Source: Salpingoeca rosetta
Taxonomy: Eukaryota; Protista; Choanoflagellata
Length of the DNA stretch: 64,000 nucleotides
Reading direction: 5' to 3'
NCBI GenBank assembly: GCA_033442325.1
Contig: JAWQFM010000002.1
Span: forward strand, 861,865 to 925,864
Shown here: piece after piece, positions 52,194-64,000 of the stretch
Layout of the letters: each line of letters opens with the position of its first letter
Position numbering within the stretch: the stretch's first letter is position 1
Made by a program: the position numbers and the translations under genes
The notes under the pieces: generated by a model
Databases searched by the model: none
What the model was told of the DNA's origin: nothing
What the model saw: only the letters and a program-made list of their open reading frames with translations

Positions 52194-52847
52194 GGAAAGG
52201 GGAAAGGTGATGGAACATGTTCACAAATTGTCGTCGGTGTTGGTTTATGGTGTTGGGTACTGTTGGATTGGATTGGACGGGATTGTGGCTGTGTGATGTG
52301 TGACATGACATGTGACAGGGTGCGCATTGCGAGCACACACATGCACACACATGCACACGGCATGAAACCAGGCATGGGCAAAAGAAAGGCAGAGAGCAGG
52401 ATGGACAGGCAAGAGAAAGAGAAAGAAAGAAAGATAAAACAGAGAAGCAAGCAGGGAGAGCAAAGGGGAAGCATCATCATGTCATGTCACATCATGTTAC
52501 ATACAGGGGGCAAAAAAGGGCATGCAGGCAGGCAGGCAGGAAGGGCACTCAAATCAGATAAATCAATCAATCAGTCTGTCAGTCAATAAATGGAAAGACC
52601 GAATAGATAGTCCATTACAGAAAGCACCAAAGGAAAGGACAGCAAGAAGGGACAGGAGAAGAAGAAGAAGAAGGAGGAGGAGGAGGAGGGGACAGAGAGG
52701 AGATGGAAGAAAGGGCAAAGAGTCAGAACAGTATCAGAGAGAGAGTGTGTGTGTGTGTTTGTGTGTGTGCGTGTGATGACTCAATCACCAACAGATGGAA
52801 ATAGCGAGAAGAAGAGCTGCAGTGCAACAAGGGCAGCACATGCACGA

Positions 52848-54405
52848 TCAGTCAAAGAAGCTGCTGATGAGGTACGCGTTGAGGTCCTCACGGGACGGAT
52901 ACGCCACGTCCACAAAGCATTCGCTCTCATCCGAGATTCTGTACGCATGGAGGGAGAAGAGGAAGAAGGAGGACAAGGAACAGCAAACAAGAGAGGGGAG
53001 GAGAAAGGCAAACAACAGAGAGGAGGAGGAATACAAGGCAGCCATGCAATGAATGGCGTGAGCACAGCGAATCAGGTGTGGAGAGGACGGGGTGGAAAGG
53101 GGAGGACGAACAGCGGAGAACAGCAGCCAGGACACAAGTATAAGCACGAGCACAGGGTGAAAGCAGCACAACCCCTCCAGCACAGCACGCCTTCCACCCT
53201 CAATAGAACCGCAATCACTCTCCCCTTGGTGTTGGTGACCACTCACGCATTGCGGCAGAGCGGGCACGTGGCATCGACGTGAGACCTGGCGGTGAGGGCG
53301 GCGGCAGTCGAAGCGGCAGCAACACAGGGTGAGGTGATGAGCTGAGCCAAGGTGGCGCACACCGATACACGAGAATAATGATGCAATCACACACACACTC
53401 ACACACGCACACACACACACGCACACTCACACACACTCACACACATACTCACACACGCACGCACAACTCACTCACTCACCACTCTGAGACGCACGACTCG
53501 CAGAATGCGTGCATGCACGCAAGAACCGTGTCTGGCTTTCGCTCATAGCACACGCCACACTTGTCTGTACACTCCGTGGACACGCTGTCAAGTGGTGTTG
53601 GCGTGGAAAGCGCATGACACGGTGAGCACGGGAGAGCAATCGCGTGTGCAAGCGCAACATGGCAACGACCCCATATGAGCATGGTCGTGACAGAGAGAGA
53701 GAGAGATACAACACATGCACACACACATACAACACCCACACACATACAACACACATATACACACACATACACAAGTACACAAATATAGCACCTGCTGCGG
53801 CCGGAGGAGGCAGCGGATGACGGGGCGGAGGGCGCAGAGGGGCGGCGGCTCGGGTTGCACGTGTCCTTGATAAACTGGTAGGTGCGCGCAAACTCCGGCA
53901 GCGACAGCAGCCGCGCGCTCGCCTCCTCCTCGCCGCCATCACACTGGCATCGGGGTGAAGGCAGAACAGAGAAGAGGAAAGGAGAGAAGAGGAAAGGAGA
54001 AGGGAAAGGAGAGAGAAGAGAGAAGAGAGAGGAGAGAAGAGAAGAGAGAAGAGGAAAAAGGTGCACAGCAAGTACACAGAAGATAGCCCCCAACACGCAA
54101 TGCAAAGACAACGCAGCAGGAGAGCAGGCGTTTCGTGTGTGTGAGAAACAAGACAAACAAGACAAACAAGAAAATCAGGAGAGTAGGCGCGAGCGAGAAA
54201 GCAAGCAAGCGAGAAGAAGAAGCAGTGCTGCTGTGCGCTGCTTGGACAGGAGCAGGACATAGCCACCACCACCACGACACCAAAACAGGACAGCAGTGCA
54301 CTGACATTCAAAACACAAGCATTCGTCGAGCTCACCATCGCTCTCTCTATTCATCCACACCACGATACATGCATGCATGCATACATGGGTGCAAACCACC
54401 AATGG

Positions 54406-54459
<54 letters not shown>

Positions 54460-55147
54460 TCCCTGTGTCTCACCTGGCGCGAGGGCCTGATTGTGACGGC
54501 GGCGCGCCAGAACAAGCCAGACTTGGGCAGGGCAGTGGCGTCATCGCCGCCCTCCATGCGGAACTTGACGCGCTGCTTGCCTTTCTTCGCCAGGCCAGCA
54601 CACCTGGCCAGAGGAGGAGGCAGAACAAAGAGAGGGAAAGCGCAGGAGCGAGGAGGGCGAAAAAAGGGCAATCAGTGCGAATGGCGTGGCGTGGCGCGAG
54701 TTGAAGAAGAGTGGGAGACGATCAGTGAAGAGTAATCGGAAGACAGGTGAAGAGTGGTCGAAAGGCAAGTGAAGAGAGGAAAACAGGCCAGTGCAGAGCC
54801 AAACGGAGGGCGTGCGCGGGTGCAACGCCGAAACCGACCCTCGCTTGCCATGCATGCATGAAGTGCATGAATGCATGCAAGGTGGAAGGGACAGCAGATA
54901 TGTTGTGAACAAACAACCAGGCAGGCAGACGGTGATCAGGGTGAAGGAACAGGTGTACGTCGCATGAGTATGCATGCGCGCATGCTGTGTGTGTGTGTGT
55001 GTGTGGAAGGGGGCAAATGGCGTACGTGCTGTTGGCCTCGTCGATGGCAACCTTGAGATCAATGGAGGTCCACAGCGTGGAATCGTACTCCTTCGAGACG
55101 CACGATGGCGCCGACGCGAAGGGTGCGACACAGAGCGCTTGTCCCAT
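52848..55147 (-). CDS. RNF141: RNF141-like C3HC4 RING protein with an N-terminal myristoylation-type MG
   Basis: MGQ start; CGVCYERKPDTVLACMHAFCESCVSEW..CPLCR; C-terminal PSREDLNAYLI resembles RNF141. Confidence 0.7.
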
Positions 55148-56414
55148 GATGATGCCGGAGAAGAACAGGGTTCTGTGTCACAGCTTGCGGATGAAGCAGG
55201 AGCGCCTTGGAAGAAAGAAGAGGTGTTGTTTGTTCTTCGTGTCCTTGTCGTCTTGGCTGTTGGTCTTTGGGGCTGCACAAGGTGGTGATGGTGGTTGGAT
55301 GGACGTGTGGGTGAACAAAGACGCATATTATGTGGAGGTTGGACATGGGTTGTTGAAGGCAGGGAAGCTGCGGTCAATGCGATGCAGAGAGGAACAAGGC
55401 CAGGACAAAACAGGACTCGTCAGGGGTTTGCACAGCAGCGTGTCTGTCTGTGGCAAACAACGTGCAAAACACACATGAAAGGCACAACACAAGGTGTTTT
55501 GTTCTGTGTGATGAGGGTCGTGTGATTGTGATTGTGGCGATTACCGCTGCAGGCTTGCTTCGGCGGTTCTGCGTGTGTGCGTGCTGCAGAGATGATTGAT
55601 CAAAGGCACCAGGACAGTGAATGTGTGTGTGTGTGTGTTGAATGGGTGTTTGGTGGTTGTGGTTGAGAAGTGAACAAAGCAGTGCAGTGCATCTCAGTGA
55701 AGTGATCTGTGTGTTCGTCATATTGACTGACCTTTCATGCCCCACTCCCACACGCACACTCACACACGCACACTCACACGCACACTCACACGCACTCTCG
55801 CACTCACTCGCACACTCACACCCAACACGACCAGGTGGACTTGTGGTGGTTGCTTTTTGATCGTGCATACCTCTTTGCTGGCTGGCTGGCTGCGCCTTGC
55901 AGCAGTGCTTGTGCAGATTGTTGTTGTTGTTGTTGTTGCTCGTGCTCGTCGTATGCGTCAGACAAACCATCCGCCAACCGAACTCCTCCTCCTTTTGTGT
56001 GGGTTTTGTTTGTTGGTGGGTGGTGGAAAAGGCACACAACGAACGCACACAAACACACACACACACACAAACACACACACAAAACCCACACACAAGCAAG
56101 GGGCAACGCAAGCAACAATCAAAGTGATTTGATGCAATGTTAATGAAGAGATGCAACCATGAGGCGACAGCACAAACAGTGATGTTGTCAAATTTGACAG
56201 CAGCCCACATCGAATGTGACGTTTCCCACGATTTTTTTACCTTTCTTGCTTGCCTCGTGGGCGCTCTGCTGCTGTGACTTCTGCCTTTTTTTTTCTTTCC
56301 TCTCCGCCTGCACCCTTGTTCGCTCCCACCCACGTGCTTTGCTCACTTCATTCTCTCTCTCTCTCTCTCTTTTCACAACAGCTGCGACAACCAACCAAAC
56401 AGCAAACACAAGAG

Positions 56415-57356
56415 ATGGCCTTCGGTGGTGGACGTGGAGGCGGCCGTGGTGGCGGCCGTGGTGGTGGACGCGGTGGCTTCCGTGGCGGCCGTGGTGGCGG
56501 TCGTGGCGGTGGACGCGGCGGCGGTCGTGGCGGCTTCCGTGGTGGTCGCGGCGGTGGTCGTGGTGGTGGTCGCGGTGGCGGTCGTGGTCGTGGTGGTGGT
56601 CGCGGACGCGGTGGACGTGGTGGAGGCCGTGGCGGAGGCCGTGGCGGAGGCTCGAAGCAGGTCATGGTTGAGCCCCATCGCCATCCTGGTCAGTGACACT
56701 TGCCCTTGTGAACCCCGTGTAGTGATTGCTGTATATTGTTGCTTGGTGTGAGATTTTGGATGCTTGATCCATGCAAGATCAATTCTCGCGTGCAAGATCG
56801 CTTGATGTGTGCGGCCATCACGTGCGTGCCCTAACTTTTTCCCATGCTCCTGTGTCAACCTGTGTGTGGATCAGGCATCTTCGTTGCACGTGGCGGAAAG
56901 GAGGATCTCCTGGTGACACGCAACACGGTCCCTGGCGAGTCTGTTTACGGCGAGAAGCGCATCTCCGTGGAGACGCCTGATGCCGAGGGCACGGGCACAG
57001 AGAAGGTCGAGTACCGCGTGTGGAACCCCTTCAGGAGCAAGCTGGCCGCCTCCGTCCTCGGTGGCGTGGCCAACATTCACATGGAGCCTGGCTCGAAGGT
57101 GCTGTATCTCGGTGCCGCCTCTGGCACCACCGTGTCACACGTCGCAGACATTGTTGGCAAGGATGGTCTCGTGTACGCCGTCGAGTTCTCGCACCGCGCT
57201 GGCCGCGATCTCATCAACATGGCAAAGCGGCGCACAAACGTCATCCCCATCATCGAGGATGCCCGTCACCCACACAAGTACCGCATGCTCGTCCCCATGG
57301 TCGACTGCATCTTTGCAGATGTCGCACAACCAGATCAGGTACACACACCCAACATA

Positions 57357-57424
<68 letters not shown>

Positions 57425-58018
57425 CATGTCGTACACATCACACCCCACATTTTCTGCCACCGTCCCCAAAACACACGTATCGTCCCACCGCACGTAACGT
57501 GCCCTCCACCTGACAAGGTTGGGCCGTTTGAATGTGACATCACTGGTTCTCCCGCTTTGTATGCTCACTGCACCGCCGCTTCTGCCTCCCTTTCTTGTGT
57601 GGGCCTGTCTTTGCGCTTCAGGTGCGTATTGTTGCGTTGAACGCCGACTTCTTCCTGAAGAACGGTGGCCACTTTGTGATTAGCATCAAGGCGAGCTGCA
57701 TCGACTCGACTGCGCCGCCCGCTGCTGTGTTCGCGTCTGAGGTATCAAAGATGAAGCGCTTGCAGATGAAGCCCAAAGAACAGCTCAGCTTGGAGCCCTA
57801 TGAGCGTGATCACGCTGTCGTCGTTGGCACGTACAGGTACGAGCTCGCCCGCTCTGCTTTGCTTCTGTGCGTTTGGTTTTGCACTGCTTTTGCCCGCTGA
57901 TCGAGTGCGGCAAGTGTGGCGTTTTTGCACTCGCTTGGGTCCCCACAGAGTTTGTTTGGTTTCCTCATGGTGTTCGTGTCTCCCGGCTTTGTGTTGCAGG
58001 CCGCAAAAGAAGAAATGA
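56415..58018 (+). CDS. FBL: Fibrillarin (rRNA 2'-O-methyltransferase), 4 exons
   Basis: RGG/GAR domain, [63 protein letters not shown]. Confidence 0.97.
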
Positions 58019-59087
58019 TTCCTGTCACCCACCTCCAAGCATAGTTGACTCTCTCGTGTCTTGTGGTAAGTCTTGTGGTCTCGTCAAATGCTTGAGTGGT
58101 ATGAGGGGACCCGCGCGACTCTGTGTATGTGGGTCCTCTGAATGCCTACCAAGGTCTCCATCCCTCGCTCCCTCCCCTTTCTCTCTGTCCCTCCCTCTTT
58201 TCCTCTTTTCCCCTTCTCTCTGTCCCTCTCTTCCTCTATCCTCCCCTCTCTTCCAATCTCCCATTTACCCCGATGGCGACAGGGGCAAACTCGCCAAGTT
58301 TGCATTAACCCTCGTCAAGCTGGTACGTGGCGCACGTGTTGCGGCAGACCCCAGTATCCACCTTCAATGGAGGAGAAAAGGCTCTTGTTGCTTCCACCCA
58401 TCATGTGCGCTCAAACCCAGTCCATCGCAGACAAAATACTTGGTGTCTTCAGACCAGATGGCCAAGTGGTGCTTCCGCACTTCCATGACCGTTGCTGACT
58501 TGGCCTCATTGGCCCTGAAAGCTGGGGTGGCAAGCGGATGACATTTCCATTCCATTTTCGACAACCTACCTGCTCAATCTTCTCTTTCTCTGTTTCTTTT
58601 CTTCCTTTTTGCCTTGGCACGCAACACACACACACACACACACTCATACACACACACAACCCACAAGTCATCACCATAGCGCTCACGACTTTCCATTGTC
58701 TGCATGATAATGCGTGGCTTTTTGAACACAGGTTACCTGTCTAAGATTTTCCCTGTCATTACATTAAACTTTGATTTGAGAAACACGAGAAGAAGACCCA
58801 TGGAGTGTATGTGTGCTGTGACCGATGGGGAGGCGAGACCGTGTTGTAGCTGTGGCTGGTTTTGTTGCATTGGTATTGGATTTACTTTGTACAACAACGG
58901 TGCTGGCCATCACAACCAGGCATAACGCAAAGCATCGCATGGCTCAAGCAGCGAAGAAAGCACGCGCACACACACACACACAGAGGACTTGGTGAGCACA
59001 GAAACAGGCAACGAAGCAACGAAGCAGGGTGATGTGGCTAATAAGACGAGGTAGGACAAGGCGTGTTGGTGGATGACAGTGCTGCGC

Positions 59088-60210
59088 TCAGGAGTTGTGG
59101 CTTGCGTGCTTTTCCAACAACTCCTTTGCTTCGTTAATCTTTGCAGCAAGGTACGGGGAACCGCCCCGATCAGGATGGTTTGCAATCATGACCTTCTTGT
59201 GCGCTTCCATGACACGCGTCTTGGTGGCCTTTGGGCTGCAGCCGCAAGCATGCAAAACAGCAAACGCAAACGAGGGAAGGAGGCAAATCGTGAGTGTGTG
59301 AAATGACAGCGCAATATGCAAACATGCAGAGAAACAAAAACGTAGACACAGCAGGCATAGTGTGTGTGTGTGCGTGTGTGTATGTGTGTGTGTGCGTGTC
59401 ACACGGAGAGTGCACAAGGGACCACAGAGGTCGAGGAAGAGCGCGACAGCAAGCGCGAGTGCTCGTGAGCGAGGCAGAGGCTCAGTCACACACCTGCAGC
59501 CAAGAATCAAGCCGGCTTCACGACGCGACATGGTTTCTTGGAAGCCTCCCCTGTAGTATGTGTTCATCTCAAATTTCTGCACGCACAACAGGAAATGTGT
59601 GTATGCGAAGGAGTGTGAGTGTGTGTGTGTGTGAGAGAGTGTGTGTGTGCGAGAGAGAATGTGTGAGTGAGAGTGTGTGAGTGAGAGTGTGGGGGAGAGT
59701 GTGTGTGAGGGAGAATATGTGTGAGTGTGAGAGAGCATGTGTGTGAGAGAGTGTGTGGGGGAGTGTGTGTGTGTGAGGGAGAGAGTGTGTGAAACTACAA
59801 TAACGCGCATGGATGGGGAGTGCAGAAAGACAACGCAAGAAGACAAGGGAGAACGTGATATTGGGCACACACTTACCGGAAGCTTGAAGCTGCCGATTTT
59901 GGGCATCTGTTCCATCAAAGGCTTCATATCCTTTGCAGCACGGAGCAGCATTCGACCTGCATGTGTGCGAGTGTGAATACCAGGGTGTGGTGTTGTTATT
60001 CGAGCAGCGAGGGTGCACAAAGCAAGCGCAAATCAAGGCAAGCACTCATGCAAACCCTCACACACACACACACACACAAACACACACAGACACGCATACA
60101 CACACAGACACGCATACACACATACACACATACACACATACATTCACACACAACGTACCGCCGAAGCCGGCAGCCGCAAGACACGCGCCAAAGAAGATGG
60201 GTCCACTCAT
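59088..60210 (-). CDS. DNAJC19: Mitochondrial import motor J-protein PAM18/TIM14 (DNAJC19-like), 4 exons
   Basis: [50 protein letters not shown]. Confidence 0.93.
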
Positions 60211-60677
60211 GGTGAGGATGGATGGATGGATGACGTGTTTGTGGTCGGTCGCTCAGCCTTTGTGAATGTGTGCATGTGGTTCGCAGCAGCAGCGCAACAC
60301 AAGGCAAGCCCGTCAATTCACCAATTGCGCAGCTGTAGACTGCAATTTGCAAAACAACACCACAAAACCCGGACAGTTTTCGTTTGGGCTGATTGCTTCT
60401 GGAAGCGACGACGCAAGCAAACGGCGAGAGTGAGTGGATGGATGATGGTGATGGTTGATGGTGATGGTGTGTGTTGCTGTGTCGATGGGATGGATGGATG
60501 GGTTGTGGAGATGAGGGGTTGTGGCTTGCGGTGGAGGCTGAGTCAAGTGAAGTGGAGTTGCATCAGAAGGCCACGAAGCAAGCGCTATGTTGGTGGTGGC
60601 TGATGACATTTACACACACACACACACACATCCACATAAACACACACATCCACATAAACACACACACACATCCACAT

Positions 60678-60716
<39 letters not shown>

Positions 60717-61023
60717 CAAAGACTCACCCGACGTTGCATACAATTCACCACCACCGCCATCATAATCATCATCAGAAGCATCAGCAGTATCAACACCATC
60801 GTACATCACTAGTTTGACCAAAAGCTGCTGCAAACTGTACTGCCCTTCTTGGAAACACGACCAAAGACGCATTCACAAGCACGCAGACTCGCGGAAGACG
60901 TTCGACACCTCCCCCCTTCCCCCAACAACAGCGCAGACAGAAGACAGAAGAAAAACTCGCAACATCGGTCGCACCGACAACAAGAAGGCCAGACAAGCAA
61001 AGCTCAACCGAAGCTCACCAACC

Positions 61024-61294
61024 ATGGGCAAGGACTACTACAAGCTGCTTGGCGTCAACAAAGGCGCCTCGGCCGAAGAGATCCGCAAGGCGTACAAGAA
61101 GAACGCCATGAAGGTGCGTGGTTTGATGGGGTGATGGAGTGGTTGGTCATTGGTGGTTGGTACTTGGTGGACGTTGAAGCGTCTGTGGTGGTGCTTGGTC
61201 GTTGGTGTACAGTGGCGAGGTTTTGACGATGCTGCTGCTGCTGCTGCTGCTGCGGTTTGTTCATCTTGTCAGCGGTCCAACGGGTGATGCTCCC

Positions 61295-61333
<39 letters not shown>

Positions 61334-61356
61334 CCTCTCTCTCTCTCTCTCTCTCA

Positions 61357-61393
<37 letters not shown>

Positions 61394-62607
61394 GCGCGCG
61401 CGCGTGTTTGCGCCCTTTTTCTGCATGCTCTTACCCAATAACATTGCGTTGAATGAACCCTGCAGTATCACCCTGACAGGAACAAGGCTGCAGATGCCAA
61501 GGAAAAGTTCCAGGCCATTTCAGAGGCATACGAGGTGAGCAGTCCTGACAATGTGATAAAGAAAGGCCGCACAACACACACACACGTACACACGCACACG
61601 CATACGCACACGCAACACGCATACACACGCAACATGCATGCGTATACACACACATACACACGCGCATGTAAAAAGCATGCATGCATGAGCTTCATCTACA
61701 TATGCACACGTGCTCACCATAGACCCACCACCAATCATGCACCGCACTCGGTACATTCAGGTGCTGTCAGATGAGACAAAGCGCAAGATCTACGACCAGT
61801 ATGGAGAGGAGGGCCTGAAGGGCGGTGCCCCAGACACGTCTGGTTTCTCCGGCTTCCACTTCTCCCCAAGGTCGGTTGGCCAGGCACACAGTGCTGTTGG
61901 AGCAAGCATGGTGGCAGTTGTGTGCACGATTCCGGCTCAACACCACCGTCTTGCTGCTTGCCCGCGTGCACACATACATATACACACGCACACATACACA
62001 CTGCTCTCCTTTACTTTGCTTTCTTGCTTCTTTTGTGTTCTCTCCTTCACACATCGATTCCCCCCCCCCCAAACCACCACAAACACACACGCACACACAA
62101 TCAGGAATGCGGAGGATATTTTCTCGCAGTTCTTTGGCGGCAGTTCGCCCTTTGGTGACATGGGCGGTGGTATGGGTGGTGGCATGGGTGGTGGGCACCC
62201 GTTTGCCGCGTTCATGGGCGGTATGGGCTCCGACGGCGGGCCCTTTGGCGGTATGGGCGGATTCCAGCAGCAGCGCAGCCGTGGCGGCATGCCTGGCGCG
62301 CGACGACAGCAGCAGCAGCAGCAGCAGGCGCCGCCGCAGAAGCCCGAGGTTGTGGTGCGAGACCTGCCCATCTCGCTGGAGGACCTCTTCCATGGATTCA
62401 CGAAGCGCCTGCGCATCACCCGCAAGATCCAGGACTCGAGCGGCAACGTGCGCTCGTCTGCTGAGGAGATTACGGTCAACGGCAAGCCCGGGTGGAAGGC
62501 TGGCACGAAGCTGACATACCACGGCAAGGGCGATCAGTACTATGGCCGCCCTGCCCAGGACATCCAGATTGTCATCAAGGAGAAGCCGCACCCGCGCTTC
62601 CGCCGCG

Positions 62608-62646
<39 letters not shown>

Positions 62647-62653
62647 TTCTGTG

Positions 62654-62686
<33 letters not shown>

Positions 62687-63112
62687 GAGCGTCTGTCTGA
62701 GCGTCTGTCTGTGAATGTGTGTGTGTGTGTACTTTAGCAACACCTTGCTCGTGCGGCTCTCCATGCGATTCACATGCGTGCTTGTGTGTCGTTGTGTGGC
62801 GCACTTGTTAGGGCGACGACCTCCACATCGACATGCAAGTGCCGCTTGTCGACGCACTGTGCGGATTCGAGCGATCAGTCCACACCATCGACGGACAAGC
62901 ACTCAAGGTGCACACAACGTGTAAATGCACATTCAAACATGCACATCACGTGCATCGATGGGTTTGCACGTTTTGTTGCATTGAAGCGAACATGCATGCA
63001 TGCATGCACACATACGCTGGCTCGACTTCTTTGCTGCCTCTGTTCCAAAACCCACAAGCCACACACACACACACACACACATACACACACATACACACAC
63101 ATACACATACAC

Positions 63113-63145
<33 letters not shown>

Positions 63146-63433
63146 TACACACACACACACATACACACACATACACAAACACCTCAAGAGCCAACTTGCG
63201 ATGTGCATATCCACACACTCACGACCTCAACGCAACACGCCTCGCTGGCACATGACACAACACTACAGGTGCAAGTGAGGCAGGCGCGGCCCGATGTTCC
63301 GCATCGGGTGTCCGGAAAAGGCATGCCGCGGAAGAAGGGCGGGCGCGGGGACCTACTCATCCACTTCAAGGTGCAGTACCCGACGCTGACTCCGCAGCAA
63401 CAGCAGGAGATCAGGCGTGTCCTCTCGTCCTAA
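61024..63433 (+). CDS. Class B (type II) Hsp40, DNAJB1/4/Sis1-like
   Basis: [46 protein letters not shown] and G/M regions, [41 protein letters not shown]. Confidence 0.93.
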
Positions 63434-63757
63434 GGGGCAACGTGAAGCCAACAAGAGTTGGGAGGGGGTGACAAGAAGCCTGAAGACGTGGTGGTGATGG
63501 TGGTGGTGGTGGTGACATGTGTTTGTGGTGCGACAAGATGCGCTGGGTGGCTTTCATGCTTGAGTTGTCTTGCAGCTGTGCGTGAGAGGTCGGTGTGGCT
63601 TGCTTCTTGGCGGCAGCTTGAGACCAAGGTGTTCATCATTTTGTTTACTGCTCAATAATACAATACAATACAATGCAATACGATAATGCAATCTCTGTGT
63701 GCAAAGACCGTGAATACACTAGCAACAAGCGTGCACTTGAACTCGTTGTAAACAACA

Positions 63758-63914
63758 TTACTGGCGGCCTTGGTAGCCCCACCGCTTCTCCAAATAGCCC
63801 TTGATACCGCCGTGCACGCTCAAGTATGTTGGAAAGACGAGCGTGCGGCCAGCGCCTGCATCCAGCAGTAAAAGTGGTGCTGGCGATGACGTGGAAGACG
63901 CACCGCCCTTCGCC

Positions 63915-63965
<51 letters not shown>

Positions 63966-64000
63966 AGTAGTTGTTGTTGTTGTTGTTGTTGCAGTTGTTG
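63758..64000 (-). CDS. Possible 3'-terminal exon of a gene entering from the right edge (poly-Q, then ...LSVHGGIKGYLEKRWGYQGRQ*)
   Basis: Open frame on the minus strand ending TAA at 63758 with coding-like composition; identity unknown. Confidence 0.4.

Overview
Intron-rich, microsatellite-laden eukaryotic genomic DNA with five N-gaps. GT-AG introns are filled with (GT)n/(CA)n/(GA)n tracts. Composition and gene content fit a choanoflagellate such as Salpingoeca rosetta; this is an inference, not a database match. Manual splicing supports about 20 compact protein genes: an RPRD1-like CID protein, ARL1, a MATE transporter, kanadaptin, an alpha/beta-hydrolase esterase, glutaredoxin, TMEM223, UBE2V/MMS2, cytochrome b5, FAH, a GT-like/sulfotransferase, a membrane-anchored RING-Rcat E3, CCDC113, FDXACB1, an FN3-GRXCR protein, RPL12, RPS13, RNF141, fibrillarin, PAM18 and a DNAJB. 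There is also a U3 snoRNA and a tRNA-Ala(AGC). Almost all ORF-track entries rich in CV/HT repeats are microsatellite artefacts. Main points of interest: (1) a homolog of the stereocilia/deafness protein GRXCR1, apparently fused to FN3 domains; (2) a bacterial-type esterase whose ATG is created by splicing; (3) a candidate glycosyltransferase-sulfotransferase fusion; (4) a compositionally foreign, hairpin-rich segment inside a CCDC113 intron; (5) a TCT/TOP-like 12-mer shared by two ribosomal protein genes; (6) a recurring 5'-(UG)n/3'-(CA)n intron polarity. Exon boundaries were read by eye and no homology search was run.
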